The position numbers were made by a program, and so were the translations under genes. 64,000 nt of DNA. Source: Candidatus Cloacimonadales bacterium. GTDB lineage: Bacteria > Cloacimonadota > Cloacimonadia > Cloacimonadales > JAFGVF01. The DNA is taken from contig OY829950.1 of the NCBI GenBank assembly GCA_963692475.1, positions 404,554 to 468,553 on the forward strand. The letters are read 5' to 3'. The notes under the pieces are model-generated. The model searched no databases. It worked only from the letters and a program-made list of their open reading frames with translations, and was not told where the DNA came from. Below are positions 56,601-64,000 of this stretch, in pieces; the first letter of the stretch is position 1, and every line of letters starts with the position of its first letter.

Positions 56601-57315
56601 CTCCAATGGAGCTAGAATTAGCTATGTTTGAAGACGTTGAAGATCCAACTAATCCACCCACACTATTACCACCTGAAACATTACAAAATGTAGAACAATA
56701 ATTTATTTCAGAACTGTATTCAAACCTGCCGATTAATCCGCCAACAGTATTAGCCCCATTCACTACACCTTCATATGAACAGTCATCAATGGAACTTGTG
56801 AAAGTATTTCCAAGAAGTCCACCAACAAAGCTACCAGAACATGTTATACTACCTGTTATATGACAGTTAGATAGAGTAGAGTACCCTGCTGAACCTGCAA
56901 GAGCACCTGAGATGTTATTTCCAGCTATTTGAATGCTAATTATACTTATATTTTCAATAATTGAATTATAAACTACCCCAAATAAGCCAATATATGATTC
57001 ATCTGGTCTATTAGATGTTAAAAAACTTATCGAAAAATCTTGTCCATCATAATTTCCTTTGAAACAGCTTGAATATGATCCAATTGGATTGAATCCTGCC
57101 CCACTATTCCATGCTTGGGTATCAGAAGCATCAATATCTGATGTTTGGATGAAATAAGAATTATCATCCCATAGAGATGGTGTTTCACTCAAATAACGTA
57201 AATCTGTTAGATTAGTGATCTGATAAGGATCATTTTCTGTACCACTGCCAGTCAGTGCATTAAGAACTGATGTTGTAAATATTAAAAGCATCGTTAATGC
57301 AATTAACTTTTTCAT
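50692..57315 (-). CDS. giant secreted multidomain surface protein (GLUG repeats, PKD, LamG-like, carboxypeptidase-regulatory-like, several Fn3-like domains)
   Basis: Signal peptide MKKLIALTMLLIFTTSVLNA. More than 10 GLUG-type repeats (VGGLLG, VGGLIG, VGGLVG...) over residues ~140-400 (nt ~56118-56898). PKD-like FHTLSSSGATAWEWDFNSDGIIDSTEENPTWVYSQVGDYDVTLT. LamG-like LVAYYPFNGNANDESGNGNHA...LAGSMKEFRIYNRALS. CarboxypepD_reg-like LSGQVTDNEDNPIPQASISL. Fn3-like modules toward the C terminus. Confidence 0.8.
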   Translation of the reverse strand: MKKLIALTMLLIFTTSVLNALTGSGTENDPYQITNLTDLRYLSETPSLWDDNSYFIQTSDIDASDTQAWNSGAGFNPIGSYSSCFKGNYDGQDFSISFLTSNRPDESYIGLFGVVYNSIIENISIISIQIAGNNISGALAGSAGYSTLSNCHITGSITCSGSFVGGLLGNTFTSSIDDCSYEGVVNGANTVGGLIGRFEYSSEINYCSTFCNVSGGNSVGGLVGSSTSSNIANSSSIGVIVGNDKTGGLVGENNSTNISFSNSESNINGNDWVGGLVGYLARSSMNHCYASGDITGDTMVGGLIGAAAYSCTMHQVYSNGGVSGYRKVGGLIGVTYQTSISNSYSHSNTSSSSFWVGGLIGNLNESTLTNCYSIGHVIGQRGGGLVGEIYSSTASNSFWDVNTSGISVSALGVGLNTLDMNDIGSYENWDITENAETIWNIEITVNNGYPHFSWQIFPNSTNFTSSSVNTIIGIPITFHTLSSSGATAWEWDFNSDGIIDSTEENPTWVYSQVGDYDVTLTTWWGEEWETELKENYISIVAPLDYGLVAYYPFNGNANDESGNGNHAQILGNPILTNDFITLGNNNQDGLSIPYTVLYQLTDFSISVHVKLNNLHTTGYSPTNTIISGAIPYPNDNSFLIDYIKNNSQLRASINSTNYFFSNTDLEDLDWHIVSIVRENDKITLYLDELCVGFHDNAISTPLNINANSLVIGQDQDNINLSGFTANQSLAGSMKEFRIYNRALSEQEILALYNENQQNQVSVLSGQVTDNEDNPIPQASISLTASNTNLEVFTNEDGYYTFSALTNNQVNLYVSKEGHQSESRTMSLESGFNSANFTLTEVNTGVITSLELTDDLILYADNIVESPTNYYTASGNVNINNTISFGGQVQIDKRANLEFPLISGSGGLETYFPTQDSDAYVIVPNYIPYEYVASEKELIPNEWAYLFEGTQTIGGYNYLIGKLTFDETETMGKYTKLSIVITPNEEEDGFFADLMDSDNWFDSDNPPYEQGVEFDEISGSIFLSENEGVELGCNIQNLEMNMATFYVHLNELSYDPALERFYGNLEMRIPPENTFDDLLEVGDYSTTTVIIHNEETGRSYETNLESFSSMARSGVWSYFQLNMDLEFLSGHLNALHVSVEGFDIPVFNTGTYIRQISGSIEDLAVNDLKITATVDIGPHSSLDIPGVGPAFYLDDFGVTIKPWNYFEGYGNFKIFNNDVAGGKFYYKPFMGSVGLEGNFNLRTDDTDVESTIISGMLAGNVREKHFDASMDAQIMIPGNLPWYLDWCEGENIASSNISINDFTIATMIEYGRLSIAQKIEFGKTTAPWFHYYLGTNYNRMFQLWKGSRDGRYTIDFTVPENSKQFLVVAGNDLNLFDFILIDPEGNIYDNSSEGYSQFSNTLQTIMVLDNPISGTWSFATEQTGEIITEFMAMNQAPSTLVEMPANRMTRDNTINLSLTDYNDTLKVKVYYDDDNQGFDGNFIQEFESLNNSEISFNWSNSDIPDGEYFIYTKIDDGVNALVLQYAPGSILVDNVNLEVPQNISYSLVDEGLEISWDAPTDNSIIVTSIDITDIYNNDSYSYCVTNANNYVIKDLPLGREYEIICRFGDNSFTMSDPSESITIQYYGNSRTSKPYFTMNGKNAWDAVVNQPLFKTLSANDFDSNNLAFHLNNAQTGMSINGYDFNWTPTLDQKGYYIQEIVVSDGVNQDTLQQQIFVYTEEQAEIKVDFSSFNLYEDDNMFVKISNLYCDEDTQTVSLLNNRTNQTTTVTCRRVNKFDYMGRFSLSVINRTSIEVQDGDAITANYVYDGQTYTNRSIYDSNPQPSDEIAPSSIADLAVESLAGNRVKLSWTSPGDDGNIGNAYKYDLRYSYTDIATSEDYLTANLITNVINPSAVGEIDSLIIDLTSLPNATDYDQLYFSIVSEDDNQNRSDISNCAYYNYLVSPASVVAEEILSDTVFVSWSDVVSLQRGRESTTFNSYNIYRLRNDFSTLIATNHNSNSYQDDISDLTDGSYQYAIEAVYNNGLSPKSYSNVLDIDRLVDVRILCQADSLAPANNVTYSILPLTSALEEEIIGTTNNSGMILIDNFHKADYSVNLSKEGCFDAEYTITINNQNNEFVLDIFSVLPPSFINIERENNNLIIEWNRVNGAKSYKIYGSSIPEPEDWGQAISVQSENSYQILDENLRFFRIISSSDDLELVRDKYNLSK

Positions 57316-57358
57316 ATAATCTCCTTTTAAAAAGTGTATGTTATTATTATAATATATT

Positions 57359-58126
57359 TCATATCTCTACTGTATAATCACGTCTAAAATCTTTATGTTC
57401 ACTTCTATTCACATATCCTAAGGGATTGCGAGTAAGTATAGTATTATGAAGTTTGATCTGGGAAAAATCATGAGCATGACCATGCACCCAGAGATTAATT
57501 TGGGGATGTTCTTTTATTATATCATCTAAGTTAGTAGAGAAGGCTTCTCTTAAGTTGGAGAAACGTCTATCTATGCCTATAGTTTCAAAAGAGGGAATGT
57601 GATGTGTCATAATCACTATTTTTCCAGTAAAAGGCTTGCTTAGCTCTTGTAAGATAAAATCAAGGGATAGGCTATGTAGTTTATTGGTGTCATCGACAGA
57701 GATATTTATTTTTTCTGGAGAATGAGATTTAATCTGGTGGTAGTCATTCAGTTTATTTTTGATTAGCCCTTTGTTTTCATCAGAAACCCTAGACCACAAA
57801 ACAGAAACAATGAATTTCATATCTTTATAAATATGAATAGCATTATTGAGCTTATATATATTTCTTCCTAACTTCTTTTCATAGTTAGGGTAAGCATAAT
57901 CAAGATAAGTACCATAAAACTCATGATTTCCCATTGTAGTGATTATCAAAGGGAATTTATCTGCAACCGAAGCATAAAAATCATCAGCTAAATCAGCATT
58001 TTTGTCTGTAACAATATCACCAGCTATGAGTAATACCTCCCCTACAGGGATAATAGGATTAGCTATTAACCACTCTCTGTTTTGTTCAAACTCTAAATGA
58101 AGGTCTGAGATTATTTGGAGATGCAT
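57359..58126 (-). CDS. calcineurin-like metallophosphoesterase
   Basis: Motifs SDLHLE, AGDIV, GNHEFY, MTHH, HGHAH. Confidence 0.8.
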   Translation of the reverse strand: MHLQIISDLHLEFEQNREWLIANPIIPVGEVLLIAGDIVTDKNADLADDFYASVADKFPLIITTMGNHEFYGTYLDYAYPNYEKKLGRNIYKLNNAIHIYKDMKFIVSVLWSRVSDENKGLIKNKLNDYHQIKSHSPEKINISVDDTNKLHSLSLDFILQELSKPFTGKIVIMTHHIPSFETIGIDRRFSNLREAFSTNLDDIIKEHPQINLWVHGHAHDFSQIKLHNTILTRNPLGYVNRSEHKDFRRDYTVEI

Positions 58127-58901
58127 GGTGGTTCCTTTTTCTCTTAACTACAACAACTTTAGTGTGTTAGTTGTAATTGGTCAAGAAAATAAGTTGATTA
58201 AAGATTTTTACATTATCTAATATATTGTTATTAAAACTTTTAGTCAGATTTGATAATATGAGCTTATGCTATAATTTGCTTATATAAGTGCCAACATATC
58301 AAGACAAAACATTCTATAAATAATTACTTTAGAGATATAATCAATTGATATGTTTGCTTTAAGTAAAAATTTTAATCAAGTGTAATAATTAAATATATCC
58401 CATTCTCAGTATGACAAAAATGTTATCATTGTGGAAATAGTAGGGATAAATGGTATTTGCAAATATTTTTTTTTGCAAGTAATTTCATGGATATTTTCTA
58501 TGATTTTAAGTAAATGTTTATAAAAGTGTGGAAAAAATTCAACATATTCAATATTTTCACCATGAGTTTTTTATTATTGCATTAGCCCATTAGCATAATT
58601 TTCATAATTTTGAATTTTTTTTTGATTATTTGAAGCTAATCATGCTTTCTTTGCAGAGATTTTGGATGATGTTAAAAGCAATATCGTTATTGTCTTAATG
58701 AAACTTCAATGCCTAAATGAGACACTTCCATAGGCCCTACATACAAGATATAGCCAAAAACTGAGAATGAAAGTTAATTATTTTCTTTTGGGAAGTATTG
58801 TCATATATTTTTCTCTTGACTAACTAATTATTCTAATTATTTTATTATTATACATGGACCCATACGATGTTTACTAACAATGATTAGAGAAAGAAGGTAA
58901 T

Positions 58902-60854
58902 ATGAAAAGATTCTTAATAATTCTTGGGTTTATTTTACTTGTAATGAATGTTTTGAGTGTGCAACTTAGCGATGTTATAGATAATTCACAAAGAACAGAT
59001 TTTCGCGATTCTCCCCCTCCCTCACCAACAACACCCCAAATTCCTGCTATAACTGCTCAAGAGGTAACGGAATATCCTATGTTTAGCTGGAATCAAGCAA
59101 CAGGTGAACTTACAACTTATAAGTTTTATCTGGGAACTGATGGCGAAGGAGAAATCAGCCCTACAAACTTAGTTAATGGACTTGATGTGGGACTTGCTTT
59201 AAGTTATTATCCAGATATCGAATTGGCATTAGACCAAACTTATTACTGGCAAGTAGTTCCCACCCACTATGAAAATGGCGATGCTTTAGATTGTCCAATT
59301 TGGAGTTTTAAAACTAAAGCTCAAGCATCTGATTCTGTGCCCTACAGGCAATTCTTTGAAAACAGTAACAACTTTACAGGAAATCTTACAACAACTTCTA
59401 ATGGAGGCACTCAATCTACTGGCGGGATTGTCTCTTCAGCTCGAAGCGGTGCTATGGTTAGCACAAATTCTTTTGGTCCTATAACGGATGAGAGTCAATT
59501 AGTTTTTTATTATAGATTACCAATTTGCCAACTATCTCAAGACTTAATACCTGACGATTCATTCTTAGCAATTTTAATCTCCTATGATAAGGTTAATTAT
59601 GAAACAGTTGATTATCTCTCAATATTTGACCCTCTTAATAATCAATATAATAAAATTACCATTGATCTTGATGATTACCCAGGAGCATACTATATCAAAT
59701 TTCAATATAATCTATATCTATTTTTTTATGATCAATTTTTGGGTATAAGCCCTGAGATTTTTATAGATAATTTCTTTGTACGTGAAAATAATCTCACTCG
59801 AGAATTAGATGTTTCACCTCCCTCCTGGGATGCAGGTGAAACAGCAAAAAACAACACAAGCTCTCAAGAAGTAACAATAACTAATCTAAGTACTTATCAA
59901 ATATCTATTGAGAATTTAGGAATTTTTAACAGTATCTTTACTCTACATTATTTTTCAATGACAGATTATCAGTCTTCATTCACCTTACCCGAGGGATATC
60001 GTCAAACATTCACAGTCAACTACACCCCTCTTGATTATGGTAATCATAGTACTAATGTAACTTATGAAATAGCAGTGGAAGGTAGCTCAGCAGCAGATCC
60101 AACCATAGACCTAATGACACTTACTGGTTCATGTACTAATCCTTATATTTCTACATACCCATATATTCAAGATTTTGAAGAGCCTCCTTTTGTGAATTGG
60201 CTACCATCAAGTCTTTCAAGACATTTAGATTCTAATGATAATTACTCATGGTGTTATGCATCACTAGATGAAGATTGTATTATTGAACAAGTAGTTACAC
60301 CTTTTTTTGATTTAAATGAGGAAACCATTGTGCAATTTACTCTTAGAAAACTAGACACAGTGGTTATTGATGAACCGGTAATACTTAATTTCAGGGTTAT
60401 AAATACTGAAACATTCACAGGTGAGATTATTTATTGTTCTAACTTAGACAATCCGATTATACATTATGACAACAACATTCTAATTAATTCAGAAAATAGG
60501 GTTTCAATTATAATACCTCAAAGCTATGCTAATCACAGAGTAAAATTCGCTTTTATCTTAGATAACCAGGTTGATGATTCGATTCTTATTGATGATTTTA
60601 AAGTTTTATCCGGAGACTTTGTATCACCAGTAGCATTAGAAGAACCCGAAGTCGAAGTAAGACAACAAAGTGGTTATCCAGTTTTACATTGGGAACATGT
60701 AAATTTTGCAGATAGCTACTTAATAGAAGCAAGTGATGACCTCTCATCAAGCACCTGGATACCTCTTACTATAACGCCATACCAAGGATATGTTTACACT
60801 GGTGAAGAAAGATTTAAATTTTTTAGAGTTAAGGCGATTAGGAGTGATGAGTGA
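58902..60854 (+). CDS. secreted hypothetical protein (650 aa) with Fn3-like modules
   Basis: Signal peptide MKRFLIILGFILLVMNVLSV. The C-terminal ~75 aa share a module with the 2207-aa protein (W-x-x-V-N-x-A-x-SY ... FFR[VI]). Confidence 0.65.
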   Translation: MKRFLIILGFILLVMNVLSVQLSDVIDNSQRTDFRDSPPPSPTTPQIPAITAQEVTEYPMFSWNQATGELTTYKFYLGTDGEGEISPTNLVNGLDVGLALSYYPDIELALDQTYYWQVVPTHYENGDALDCPIWSFKTKAQASDSVPYRQFFENSNNFTGNLTTTSNGGTQSTGGIVSSARSGAMVSTNSFGPITDESQLVFYYRLPICQLSQDLIPDDSFLAILISYDKVNYETVDYLSIFDPLNNQYNKITIDLDDYPGAYYIKFQYNLYLFFYDQFLGISPEIFIDNFFVRENNLTRELDVSPPSWDAGETAKNNTSSQEVTITNLSTYQISIENLGIFNSIFTLHYFSMTDYQSSFTLPEGYRQTFTVNYTPLDYGNHSTNVTYEIAVEGSSAADPTIDLMTLTGSCTNPYISTYPYIQDFEEPPFVNWLPSSLSRHLDSNDNYSWCYASLDEDCIIEQVVTPFFDLNEETIVQFTLRKLDTVVIDEPVILNFRVINTETFTGEIIYCSNLDNPIIHYDNNILINSENRVSIIIPQSYANHRVKFAFILDNQVDDSILIDDFKVLSGDFVSPVALEEPEVEVRQQSGYPVLHWEHVNFADSYLIEASDDLSSSTWIPLTITPYQGYVYTGEERFKFFRVKAIRSDE

Positions 60855-60878
60855 TGAGTGATGAATGATGAGTGATGA
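60844..60878 (+). repeat. heptanucleotide tandem repeat (GTGATGA x5, one variant) spanning the stop codon of the 650-aa ORF
   Basis: GTGATGA GTGATGA GTGATGA ATGATGA GTGATGA. The ORF stop TGA is at 60852-60854. The repeat puts TGA in all three frames. Confidence 0.9.
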
Positions 60879-61029
60879 ATAAAGATATCACTAAGGGGGA
60901 TTATAGAAAGAAATTATTGTTTCAACTCACTATCAATAATTATTAAACATATTTTGGAAAGTATTTTGCATTATAAGTTGTTTTGATTAGAATTATATTA
61001 AAGAATTAAAATATTATATGGAGGATCTA

Positions 61030-64000
61030 ATGAAAATTAGACTTATTGTTATGTTAATGTTACTAACGACACTTGTTAGTGCACAAGATATGTGGGATAA
61101 CGCCTTACCTATCAGGCAAGGCGTTAATATTGAGTGGTCTCGTGCAACAGCAACTGCCGAGGATGGTGGTATTGTTTATGTATGGTCAGACACTAAATTT
61201 GGAGCGAGAGACCTGTTTGCTATGAAATTCGATGGATCAGGCAATTCAGTCTGGGGGGAAGAGCCAACAATCATTGATAACAAGATTGACAGACAAGAAG
61301 ACCCGGTAATAATCAAAACTTCAGATGATAATTTTATCATTGCTTGGATAGATTTTTCTCAAGATCAAGATGGTGATGTTTATGCTCAGAAAGTAAGCAA
61401 TACTGGAGAACTTCTTTGGCAGGAAGGTGGAGTTCCTGTTTGTACCTTCCAAGATGTTCAGATTTCTCTCAACATTGTAGAAAATAATATTGGTGGTGCT
61501 TATATTCTTTGGAGAGATAGTAGAAATCCTTCAATAGATTTATACGCAGTTAATTTAGATAGTAATGGAAATAATTTATGGGATACTGATGGTATGCCTA
61601 TTGCCAATACTAATTATCCAGAGACTTCTAATTCAATGCGTGAAGATGGAGCTGGTGGATTCTTTATTGGTTATCAAGTACAGATTAATAATAACCAGAA
61701 TATATATGGAAAAAGATTTAATAGCGCTGGAGAATCAGTATGGGGCGAACCTATACCAGTAGCAGTTGCTAATGGAGATCAAACCACAGTTAGGGTATCT
61801 CCAGATGGAGTAGATGGATATGTCTTTGTTTGGGAAGATAAAAGAGAAGAATCTTCTAACATCTTTGCTCAAAGATTACTTAGTGATGGTACAGCTGCTT
61901 GGGGTGAATACATTGAAGTTTACAGTGATGAAGATGACGAACTAAGTTATGTCCAAAACTACCCACAAGTCCAGGCAGATGGTATGGGAAATACAATCAT
62001 AGCTTGGCAAGACACCAGATCTTCATTTGATAATACTGGTATTTTTGCCCAAAAAATCAACTCATCAGGTGAAAAAATCTGGACTGAGGAAGGAGTTGAA
62101 ATTAGAGCAAGTCATGTAAAAGAGCTTACACTTAGAATTGACAGTGATGATAATGGTGGTGCTTACGTAATCTGGACTGATTTAAGAAATGGAGAATTTC
62201 CACAAGTAGATATCTACGCTCAACATCTAAATTCTGATGGTACATTCCAATGGGGTGATGATGGACTTGCAATCTGTACTTCTCCAAATGAACAAAATAG
62301 TCCATTGATTAAAAAGAATGGAGACCATATTTTTACTGTATGGTTAGATGCCAGAACAGGTTCTATTGGTATTGATCAGCAAATCATTGATTCATCATCA
62401 AATTTTGTCTTAGCAGAAAACGGTGAAACAGTTTTCTATGGTTTAAGTGGAGATGCTGGTAAGGATAATCTTCTCGAAGTTTACCCACGCCCAGCTCAAA
62501 ATGATGCTGTAGTTATCTGGTGGGATACTCGTGGTGCAAGTACTGGTTTTCAAATTTTCTATCAGTTTATAAATCCAGATGGAACTGTAGATTTAGAAGA
62601 AAATGGTCGCCCTATAACAACTCCAACAGGTTACGAACAATCAGATTTCCAAGCTGCCACTAATTCAGCTGGTCAAACTATTGTGATCTGGATTGAGCAA
62701 AGAGGATACTACAAAAGAGTCTATGGTCAATTAATAGATGTTGATGGTTCTTACCTATGGGGAAATGAAGGAATAGGAATAGCAATGACAAGCTCTTCCA
62801 CTGCTGGACAGGAAGACCCTCGTGTATCTTACTACAATGGAGATTTCTATATTGGTTGGACTGACAATCTTATTGATGGAGATGGAATTATACTCAAACA
62901 AGTTTTTGGTCAGAGAATAAGTAATGGTGAAAAACAATGGGGCGAAGAAGGATTACAAATTTCAGGTTCTGTTGATGGTGTTATTGATACAGAAATGCAA
63001 TTGTATGCTCTTTATGGAAATTACTATGTCTGGAATGTTTTCTCATCAGATAGAAGAATTGCAAAAGTAAATGAAGATGGACAAGTAGTTGAAGGATATT
63101 CTGTAGAAGGTAATTCTATAGCTCCATTAGGTGTTGAAGTTGACCGTGGAGGTAGTGGTAGCGTATATAATAATACTCTATACTATACTTGGATTGATGA
63201 TAGTACTGATGGACAGAATAGTGTATTTACTCAAGGTTTTAATACTGATGGAAGTTTTGCTTGGCAAGAAGGTATTCCAACAAGTTTACATGACTATGAT
63301 GGAACTCCTAATGAAGGATTAAATCCTGATATTACTATTGGAGATGCTGTTTATGTTACTTGGAATGAAAGTACTGTATCAGATAATGAAAATATTAAAG
63401 CACAAAAAATATCTTTCACTGGTGAAAATCAATTTGCTGATGAAGGCATCATGATAGCAGAAGGAAACATATCTCAAAATAATCCAAAAATCTCCAGAAT
63501 TAATAATGGTTATTACGCCATTGCTTGGGAACAACAAGAAGGTGTTGAAATTGATCTTTATATGAACCTCTTAAGATACAATGGTGAAACACTTAATGGT
63601 TCAACTGGTATTCCATTAACTAATGAGCTAAAAGATCAAAGATCTGTGAGAATAGCCCCAATGGGTGATAGCAAGGCTTTCTTTGTCTGGGCTGATGGTG
63701 TTTCATCAGGAAAAACTGTTATTCTTGGTGTTTATGCTCAATATGTTGACTTCTCCCCTGTTTCTAATGAAGATAATAATGAAGTTCAATTTGCAAACTC
63801 TACTTTATCACAAAACTATCCAAATCCATTTAACCCAACTACTAAGATTAGTTTCAATTTAGCACAAGATGCTAAAGATGTTGAACTTTCAATCTATAAT
63901 CTTAAAGGACAGAAAGTAAAAACTTTAGTTAGAGATGATTTCTCTAAAGGTTCTTACTCTTATGTTTGGAATGGAGATAATGACCAAGATAAAGCTGTTG
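61030..64000 (+). CDS. large secreted repeat protein with T9SS-type C-terminal sorting domain; 3' end outside the window
   Basis: Absent from the ORF track because there is no stop in the window. Own translation from ATG 61030 (GGAGGA RBS): MKIRLIVMLMLLTTLVSAQDMWDN... It has at least 10 repeats of ~55-60 aa with the core [DN][ILV][YF]AQ[KR][ILV]xxxGxxxWGxxG. The frame stays open to 64000. The tail LSQNYPNPFNPTTKISFNLAQDAKDVELSIYNLKGQKVKTLV (from ~63790) is the classic Por/T9SS C-terminal domain signature. Confidence 0.85.
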   Translation, partial: MKIRLIVMLMLLTTLVSAQDMWDNALPIRQGVNIEWSRATATAEDGGIVYVWSDTKFGARDLFAMKFDGSGNSVWGEEPTIIDNKIDRQEDPVIIKTSDDNFIIAWIDFSQDQDGDVYAQKVSNTGELLWQEGGVPVCTFQDVQISLNIVENNIGGAYILWRDSRNPSIDLYAVNLDSNGNNLWDTDGMPIANTNYPETSNSMREDGAGGFFIGYQVQINNNQNIYGKRFNSAGESVWGEPIPVAVANGDQTTVRVSPDGVDGYVFVWEDKREESSNIFAQRLLSDGTAAWGEYIEVYSDEDDELSYVQNYPQVQADGMGNTIIAWQDTRSSFDNTGIFAQKINSSGEKIWTEEGVEIRASHVKELTLRIDSDDNGGAYVIWTDLRNGEFPQVDIYAQHLNSDGTFQWGDDGLAICTSPNEQNSPLIKKNGDHIFTVWLDARTGSIGIDQQIIDSSSNFVLAENGETVFYGLSGDAGKDNLLEVYPRPAQNDAVVIWWDTRGASTGFQIFYQFINPDGTVDLEENGRPITTPTGYEQSDFQAATNSAGQTIVIWIEQRGYYKRVYGQLIDVDGSYLWGNEGIGIAMTSSSTAGQEDPRVSYYNGDFYIGWTDNLIDGDGIILKQVFGQRISNGEKQWGEEGLQISGSVDGVIDTEMQLYALYGNYYVWNVFSSDRRIAKVNEDGQVVEGYSVEGNSIAPLGVEVDRGGSGSVYNNTLYYTWIDDSTDGQNSVFTQGFNTDGSFAWQEGIPTSLHDYDGTPNEGLNPDITIGDAVYVTWNESTVSDNENIKAQKISFTGENQFADEGIMIAEGNISQNNPKISRINNGYYAIAWEQQEGVEIDLYMNLLRYNGETLNGSTGIPLTNELKDQRSVRIAPMGDSKAFFVWADGVSSGKTVILGVYAQYVDFSPVSNEDNNEVQFANSTLSQNYPNPFNPTTKISFNLAQDAKDVELSIYNLKGQKVKTLVRDDFSKGSYSYVWNGDNDQDKAV

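Noticed and set aside
61565-63862. Four short ORF-track ORFs (61565-61762, 62755-62937, 63131-63322, 63665-63862).
   Set aside because: All are off-frame or antisense shadows inside the long open frame starting at 61030. That frame was omitted from the track only because it has no stop in the window.

Overview
64-kb chromosomal segment from a very AT-rich, diderm-type bacterium. A T9SS-type C-terminal sorting domain, giant GLUG/PKD/LamG surface proteins and Omp85-family genes suggest an uncultivated FCB-superphylum (Cloacimonadota-like) lineage; this is inference only. No rRNA, tRNA or CRISPR array was seen. Content in order: (1) gcvPA 5' part. (2) A 7-kb bimodular NRPS with an embedded formyltransferase-like domain and a Cys-type thioesterase, flanked by two orphan sensor kinases and an Sfp-type PPTase. 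(3) lemA, two TPM genes and a CrtI-like oxidoreductase. (4) nrdD, followed by a mobile-DNA pile-up: a GC-rich hairpin-dense tandem-repeat block, a ~160-bp MITE-like family (called R here), ISL3-derived MITEs, and a group II intron whose maturase is split by a complete ISL3 element. (5) A MacAB-like efflux set. (6) A ferredoxin / geranylgeranyl-reductase / GT2 / LpxL-like lipid cluster. (7) recJ, outer-membrane biogenesis and unknown envelope genes, and ispG. (8) The conserved rnc-fabF-acpP-fabG-fabD-fabH-plsX-rpmF block. (9) pdp. (10) Three large secreted proteins. The most unusual items are the hairpin-repeat block at 19.1-19.7 kb, the nested mobile elements with an intact empty-site paralog, and the A-T-C-F-x-A-T-TE(Cys) NRPS. 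All calls come from reading the sequence and the ORF track by eye. No database search was run, and domain boundaries are approximate.
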